From assembly GCA_039192515.1 (NCBI GenBank), contig JBCCXA010000010.1, positions 11,126-75,125 of the forward strand: a stretch of DNA of 64,000 nt. The letters run 5' to 3'. The stretch comes from Verrucomicrobiota bacterium (GTDB lineage: Bacteria; Verrucomicrobiota; Verrucomicrobiia; Methylacidiphilales; JBCCWR01). A model generated the notes under the pieces. That model searched no databases, had not been told where the DNA came from, and was given only the letters and a program-made list of their open reading frames with translations. How positions within the stretch are numbered: the stretch's first letter is position 1; the number at the start of each line of letters is the position of its first letter. This document shows, one piece after another, positions 60,180 through 64,000 of this stretch. A program made the translations under genes and the position numbers.

Positions 60180-60596
60180 ATGAGTTATTTCATGACAGCG
60201 ATTGGTGAAAAACCAATTATTGAAGGAATTGAAACTAAATCAATTGACGATTCTCAGGATTATCTTAAAAACTTAAAGCCTTATTTTTCTGAAACGTATC
60301 AGGATGAAAGAGTATGGGTCTTAGAGTACTTCGATAAAGATTATAATGATTTTATTTCACTCTCTGAAAGCACATTTCATGAAACACAAGACTTTGAAGC
60401 AACACTTTTATATAAAACCGTAAAGTCTCTGGAACAGAATCAAAACTCTTTCCACATTTGGTGGGCTAGCAACAACTCTCACACCGATGTAGAAGAAGTC
60501 AGTACTTTTGAAGAAGCAATTGAACTAATCAAAGAGCAAATTAACAGAGCTGAAGAAATCGGTATAAGGGCAACTCTAACAAACGGATCAACCTAA
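60180..60596 (+). CDS. Cassette ORF, hypothetical acidic protein
   Basis: 138 aa and very AT-rich. The stop lies inside attC 17. Confidence 0.55.
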   Translation: MSYFMTAIGEKPIIEGIETKSIDDSQDYLKNLKPYFSETYQDERVWVLEYFDKDYNDFISLSESTFHETQDFEATLLYKTVKSLEQNQNSFHIWWASNNSHTDVEEVSTFEEAIELIKEQINRAEEIGIRATLTNGST

Positions 60597-60649
60597 TAGC
60601 ATCCATTCGCTACGCTCATTCCAGCTATAGGTTATCTAGGACGTTAGGT
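60573..60649 (+). repeat. attC site 17
   Basis: R'' CTCTAAC is at 60574-60580. Arms are GATcAACCTAaTAGC / GCTATAGGTTATC. R' GTTAGGT at 60643-60649 matches the canonical GTTRRRY. Confidence 0.85.
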
Positions 60650-60666
60650 CAAAAAAAGGAAAATAT

Positions 60667-60930
60667 ATGATTAAATTTAAAGACTTTGTTCCAAAAGAAG
60701 TAACTAAAGCTGGATTCTTTAGCTCAGCAAGATTGGAAGAATTAAATGATTCTTTAAAAAGAGCTAATATTTGGATTGAAAATCAAAACATAAACGTTCT
60801 TAACATAGAAACTGTTGTTTTACCAAATATTCATAGGTCATCAGAAGAAGGATCTACTGACACAGATATTACAACTTCTGGGGACATGTCATCAAATTGG
60901 CATCAATTTATTAGGGTTTGGTACAAGTAA
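60667..60930 (+). CDS. Cassette ORF, small hypothetical protein
   Basis: 87 aa with the RBS-like AAAGGAAAATATATG. No family was recognised. Confidence 0.55.
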   Translation: MIKFKDFVPKEVTKAGFFSSARLEELNDSLKRANIWIENQNINVLNIETVVLPNIHRSSEEGSTDTDITTSGDMSSNWHQFIRVWYK

Positions 60931-60942
60931 AGCACTAAAAAC

Positions 60943-61019
60943 GACCTAACAATTAGATCAACCTAATAGCTTCCACTCGCTGCGCTCGCTCCAGCTATAG
61001 GTTATCTAGGACGTTCTGT
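60943..61019 (+). repeat. attC site 18 (last in array; near-duplicate of site 17)
   Basis: R'' ACCTAAC is at 60944-60950. CAACCTAATAGC..CCAGCTATAGGTTATCTAGGAC is shared with site 17. R' GTTCTGT is at 61013-61019. Confidence 0.85.
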
Positions 61020-61119
61020 GAAAAAAGAATTACCAGATAGAGTTATTAGTCACCTTAACAGAGGCGATCCCGCCAAAGAAAAATCATCCCTTTCTTCTCA
61101 GATACTACTCATATGAAAA

Positions 61120-61350
61120 TTAACGGGACAGCAATGCTTCGCAAGTAACAGTAAATCCACGAACTCCCGTTTCCATATCTATGATAATCTTTAAGATGTA
61201 ATTAGCATCCGAAATAACTTTGTGGGTGTGAGCAACCCATTTAGCAGAATCATTCAGCCTATTAATGACCAGGTAGCTTGTAGCTGCTACGGCTAATAGG
61301 ATGGCCATCATGGCAGTATAACCGGTGACTATTTGGTGCTGTAATTTCAC
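61120..61350 (-). pseudogene. N-terminal fragment of a CHASE3-domain sensor protein
   Basis: KLQHQIVTGYTAMMAILLAVAATSYLVINRLNDSAKWVAHTHKVISDANYILKIIIDMETGVRGFTVT matches the start of CHASE3 (TM helix, W-V-x-H-T, ETGxRG[YF]). It then diverges (CEALLSR) and stops after 76 codons. Confidence 0.7.
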
Positions 61351-61478
61351 TATTAGTGACTCATGAGATATTATTTGGTCCTATTGCCAACCAAGACCCT
61401 GCATATACTTCGGTTGTGATTGAGTAACATAAAGCAGAGAGAAGGCTTTTTTAGAAATAAGAAAGGGCTGAAACTATT

Positions 61479-61715
61479 CTAGTTATCAAACCACTGTTTT
61501 GCGCGAATCGCCAAAATCAAAAGCCCCGCTATCACTAAGCTCCAGAATAAGGTTTTTCCGAACAACGATTTAAGCTCACTACCTACTTTTAAAAAATCAT
61601 CTGCCAAACGGCCTACATTTCCACCCTTTTTAGAAAAGAAATGCAAGACTCTCCATGACATCCAGATCAAGATCCCAAGTATGAGAATTATTTTAATGAG
61701 AAGCCCCATCAGCAC
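61479..61715 (-). CDS. Small two-TM membrane protein
   Basis: 78 aa with two hydrophobic helices. No family was recognised. Confidence 0.45.
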   Translation of the reverse strand: MLMGLLIKIILILGILIWMSWRVLHFFSKKGGNVGRLADDFLKVGSELKSLFGKTLFWSLVIAGLLILAIRAKQWFDN

Positions 61716-61855
61716 ACTCTTTATAAACTCTGAATGAGCTCTTAGTCAACGCAGTCACGTCTTAATCATATGGCTTCTCTCCTCTCCCTCTATTAATTCA
61801 TGACCTTATTGCACGTTTACTTGGCACGAATAGGGCTCTGTTGCAGACTACTGAA

Positions 61856-63766
61856 ATGCCCTCAACAAGTTCGCCCAGTAATGCTGTCATCAGCGCTGCA
61901 GACATTTCGTTGCAATATGGATTACAAGTCATCTTCAAAAGAGCCACTTTAGCTATCTATGAGGGAAATCGTGTGGGTCTCGTGGGACGAAATGGGTCTG
62001 GCAAATCCACCTTTCTTAAAATTTGCGCAGACGTTTTGTCTCCAGACAGTGGCACTATAGCGCGTCGTAACCAGCTCATTACTGGATACCTGCCTCAAAA
62101 CTTCGAATTAGACCCTAAACTGAATATCCTTGGAAATATTCGAGCAGGCGCTCACCACATCCTAAGCCTGATTCAAGAATTTGAGGAGCCCAACACCAGC
62201 ACGGAACGCTCAGCAAAACTTCAACAAATGATCGAGCACTTTGATGGCTGGAATTTAGAGAGCCGCATTAAGCTCATTACCTCAAACCTCAACACACCTC
62301 CATTGGAAAATGGTATAGACAAACTTTCCGGAGGTGAGAAACGCCGAGTAGCTTTTGCCAGATCTCTGGTAGCTCAACCTGATTTGCTCATCCTCGATGA
62401 GCCCACCAACCATTTAGATACTGATACCATTCTCTGGCTTGAAACTTTTCTCTCACGCTACCCAGGCACTATTTTATTTGTTACCCATGACCGAGCTTTC
62501 TTGGATCAAGTTGCCACCCACATAGCTGAATTACATCAAGGCATCTTCTATTCACACGAAGGTTCCTACCAAGACTACTTGGAAAACAAGGCACAACGCC
62601 TAGCCCATGAAGAAAACGTTGAACAAAAACGCCAGAGCTTCATCCGGCGGGAACTGGACTGGGTTCGGCGAGGCCCCAAAGCTCGCACCACCAAAGCAAA
62701 GGCTCGCTTAGATCGCTTTGCAGATGCTACGAGTACGGCAGCTCCTGAAAAAGAACTCGACATGGAGCTCATCATTCCACCCCCTCCACGCTTGTCTAAC
62801 CGCATTATTGAAGCCCAGCAAATCAGTAAGTCATTTAACCAGGGCAGTCCTCTTTTCCAAGATTTGAATATCAATCTAGACCCTGGAACTCGCCTAGGCA
62901 TTGTAGGGCGAAATGGTTTGGGGAAAACCACCCTGCTTAAGATTCTTCTCAAACAGCTTGAGCCAGACACTGGTAAAGTAGAACACGGAGCTAGCACCGA
63001 GATCAATTATGTTGACCAAACCAGACTCCTTCTCAACGAAGATAAAACCATTTTAGAGGAAGTGGCGGGTGCATCTGAATTTGTGACCATCGGACAGGAC
63101 CGCGTCCATGTTAGGACCTATCTGCATCGCTTCCTTTTCACAGATGAAAGAATCAATATGACCATTCGCTATCTTTCTGGAGGCGAAAAAAACCGTATTC
63201 TCCTCGCAAAAATATTAAGAAGAGGCGGGAACGTACTGGTTTTGGATGAGCCCACCAACGACCTAGATTTAGCAACTTTGCGAGTACTTGAAGAAGCCTT
63301 ACTGGCCTTTAAAGGCGTCGTTCTGCTTGTCAGTCACGACCGAACTTTTCTTAACCGTATCTGCACAGGAATCGTTGCTTTTGAAGGTGAAGGAACTGTC
63401 GAATACTACTCAGGCAACTATGACTACTACCTTGAAAAGCGTATCACACCAAAAGGCTCCGAACCTCAACCGACTTCGAAACCATCTAAAAAAGGCTCTA
63501 ACCAACAAGCCCCTCCCAAACTCAAGTGGAAAGAGCAACGCGAACTTGAGAGTATGGAGGAGAAGATAATGCAAGAAGAAGAGCGTTTTTCAAAAATTGA
63601 AAAACTATTTGCGGATCCTGAGTTTTATCAAAAACATGGCCATAAAGCCCAAGAACTAGAAGATGAGCTCAATCAAATACGCGAAAAAATCCAGGAACTT
63701 TACTCGCGCTGGGAAAAACTAGAAAAAATCAAATCAAACTATGAAGCCCATCTTGAAGAGAAATAG
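61856..63766 (+). CDS. ABC-F family ATPase (Uup/EttA-like)
   Basis: Two ABC cassettes (GRNGSGKST/LSGGEKRRV/LILDEPTNHLD and GRNGLGKTT/LSGGEKNR/LVLDEPTNDLD), no TM domain, and a C-terminal coiled coil. ATG 61856 is preferred over TTG 61841. Confidence 0.9.
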   Translation: MPSTSSPSNAVISAADISLQYGLQVIFKRATLAIYEGNRVGLVGRNGSGKSTFLKICADVLSPDSGTIARRNQLITGYLPQNFELDPKLNILGNIRAGAHHILSLIQEFEEPNTSTERSAKLQQMIEHFDGWNLESRIKLITSNLNTPPLENGIDKLSGGEKRRVAFARSLVAQPDLLILDEPTNHLDTDTILWLETFLSRYPGTILFVTHDRAFLDQVATHIAELHQGIFYSHEGSYQDYLENKAQRLAHEENVEQKRQSFIRRELDWVRRGPKARTTKAKARLDRFADATSTAAPEKELDMELIIPPPPRLSNRIIEAQQISKSFNQGSPLFQDLNINLDPGTRLGIVGRNGLGKTTLLKILLKQLEPDTGKVEHGASTEINYVDQTRLLLNEDKTILEEVAGASEFVTIGQDRVHVRTYLHRFLFTDERINMTIRYLSGGEKNRILLAKILRRGGNVLVLDEPTNDLDLATLRVLEEALLAFKGVVLLVSHDRTFLNRICTGIVAFEGEGTVEYYSGNYDYYLEKRITPKGSEPQPTSKPSKKGSNQQAPPKLKWKEQRELESMEEKIMQEEERFSKIEKLFADPEFYQKHGHKAQELEDELNQIREKIQELYSRWEKLEKIKSNYEAHLEEK

Positions 63767-63906
63767 GCTTCGTCCGCAAAGCTTATCCTTGCCATAGAAA
63801 TCAGGTGTGCTAAATGCTTTGAGGTTAAGAGCAAAACATCAAACACTTTGAAGCCTATAGAGAAATAACCCCTTTTTCTTTATTGTATGAAAGAACCACT
63901 AAAGAT

Positions 63907-64000
63907 ATGAGCGAAACAGCAACCGAAAAGAAAACATCTGAATTCAACAAGAACAATCCCTTCTTGGCTAAGATCCTCAGCAAAAGGAACCTCAACAAAG
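63907..64000 (+). CDS. 5' end of an unidentified gene (31 codons; runs off window)
   Basis: ATG 63907 gives MSETATEKKTSEFNKNNPFLAKILSKRNLNK. The NPF.AKI..R..L pattern recalls the start of FAD-binding domains of CysJ-type reductases, but this is too short to call. Confidence 0.3.
   Translation, partial: MSETATEKKTSEFNKNNPFLAKILSKRNLNK

Larger units (their letters stand above)
51059..61019 (+). mobile_element. Integron gene-cassette array without adjacent integrase (CALIN-type): 18 attC sites, 19 plus-strand reading frames (about 4 decayed)
   Basis: Every intergenic gap carries an imperfect inverted repeat of the form xxGAAC-(3-6 nt)-arm...arm-(5-6 nt)-GTTCGxx. The next ORF starts 8-25 nt after GTT. 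All ORFs are co-oriented, and no tyrosine recombinase ORF is visible in the window. Confidence 0.85.

Noticed and set aside
52102-61019. The intergenic palindromes could be plain Rho-independent terminators or REP elements.
   Set aside because: Only site 1 has a stem followed by a T-run. All sites share AAC...GTT boundaries at fixed distances from the arms, bulges on one arm only, and one orientation. These features are not explained by terminators or REPs, although REP-like genome-wide dispersal still needs to be excluded by search.
52100-61020. The regular repeat/unique/repeat layout could be mistaken for a CRISPR array.
   Set aside because: The repeats differ in sequence and length (40-124 bp) and are internally palindromic. 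The intervening segments are 270-970 bp and protein-coding. No cas genes are present.

Overview
This is a 64-kb chromosomal window from an AT-rich Gram-negative bacterium, roughly 40-45% G+C by eye. Gene content (DUF1080, SET-domain, FHA and Ser/Thr-kinase signalling, an RRM protein) hints at a PVC-type lineage, but that is inference only. Most of the window is ordinary core or metabolic DNA. It includes a GT2 glycosyltransferase, nitroreductase, peroxiredoxin, a tandem adenylate kinase, IclR and a Ser/Thr kinase. A nitrogen-scavenging cluster at 8.7-22.8 kb holds a porin, a GS-like enzyme, an ABC importer, a NikR-like regulator, two DUF1989 proteins, a urea/guanidine-type carboxylase and allophanate hydrolase. 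Also present are tRNA-Ser(UGA), gltX, pgsA-like, der, gyrB, gyrA, a SET-domain protein, TetR, gluconokinase, a desaturase, an RRM protein, a LacI-controlled sugar-acid cluster and an ABC-F ATPase. The outlier is 51.06-61.02 kb. It holds 19 short reading frames on the plus strand, about 4 of them decayed, separated by 18 imperfect palindromic sites bounded by ...AAC / GTT.... Their arms covary, and the unpaired bases always sit on the 5' arm. I read these sites as integron attC sites and the region as an integrase-less cassette array (CALIN type). No tyrosine recombinase is visible anywhere in the window. The array sits between an N-terminal CHASE3 fragment and a C-terminal HATPase fragment of what looks like a single disrupted sensor kinase gene. 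It shows decay: mutated GTT triplets, one half-deleted attC, and genes with in-frame stops or frameshifts. Its cargo includes a PD-(D/E)xK-like ORF followed by a chimeric polymorphic-toxin immunity protein. A second unexplained signal is a 170-250 bp intergenic repeat present three times (10.1, 25.5 and 25.9 kb). All family assignments rest on motif recognition by eye, since no searches could be run.
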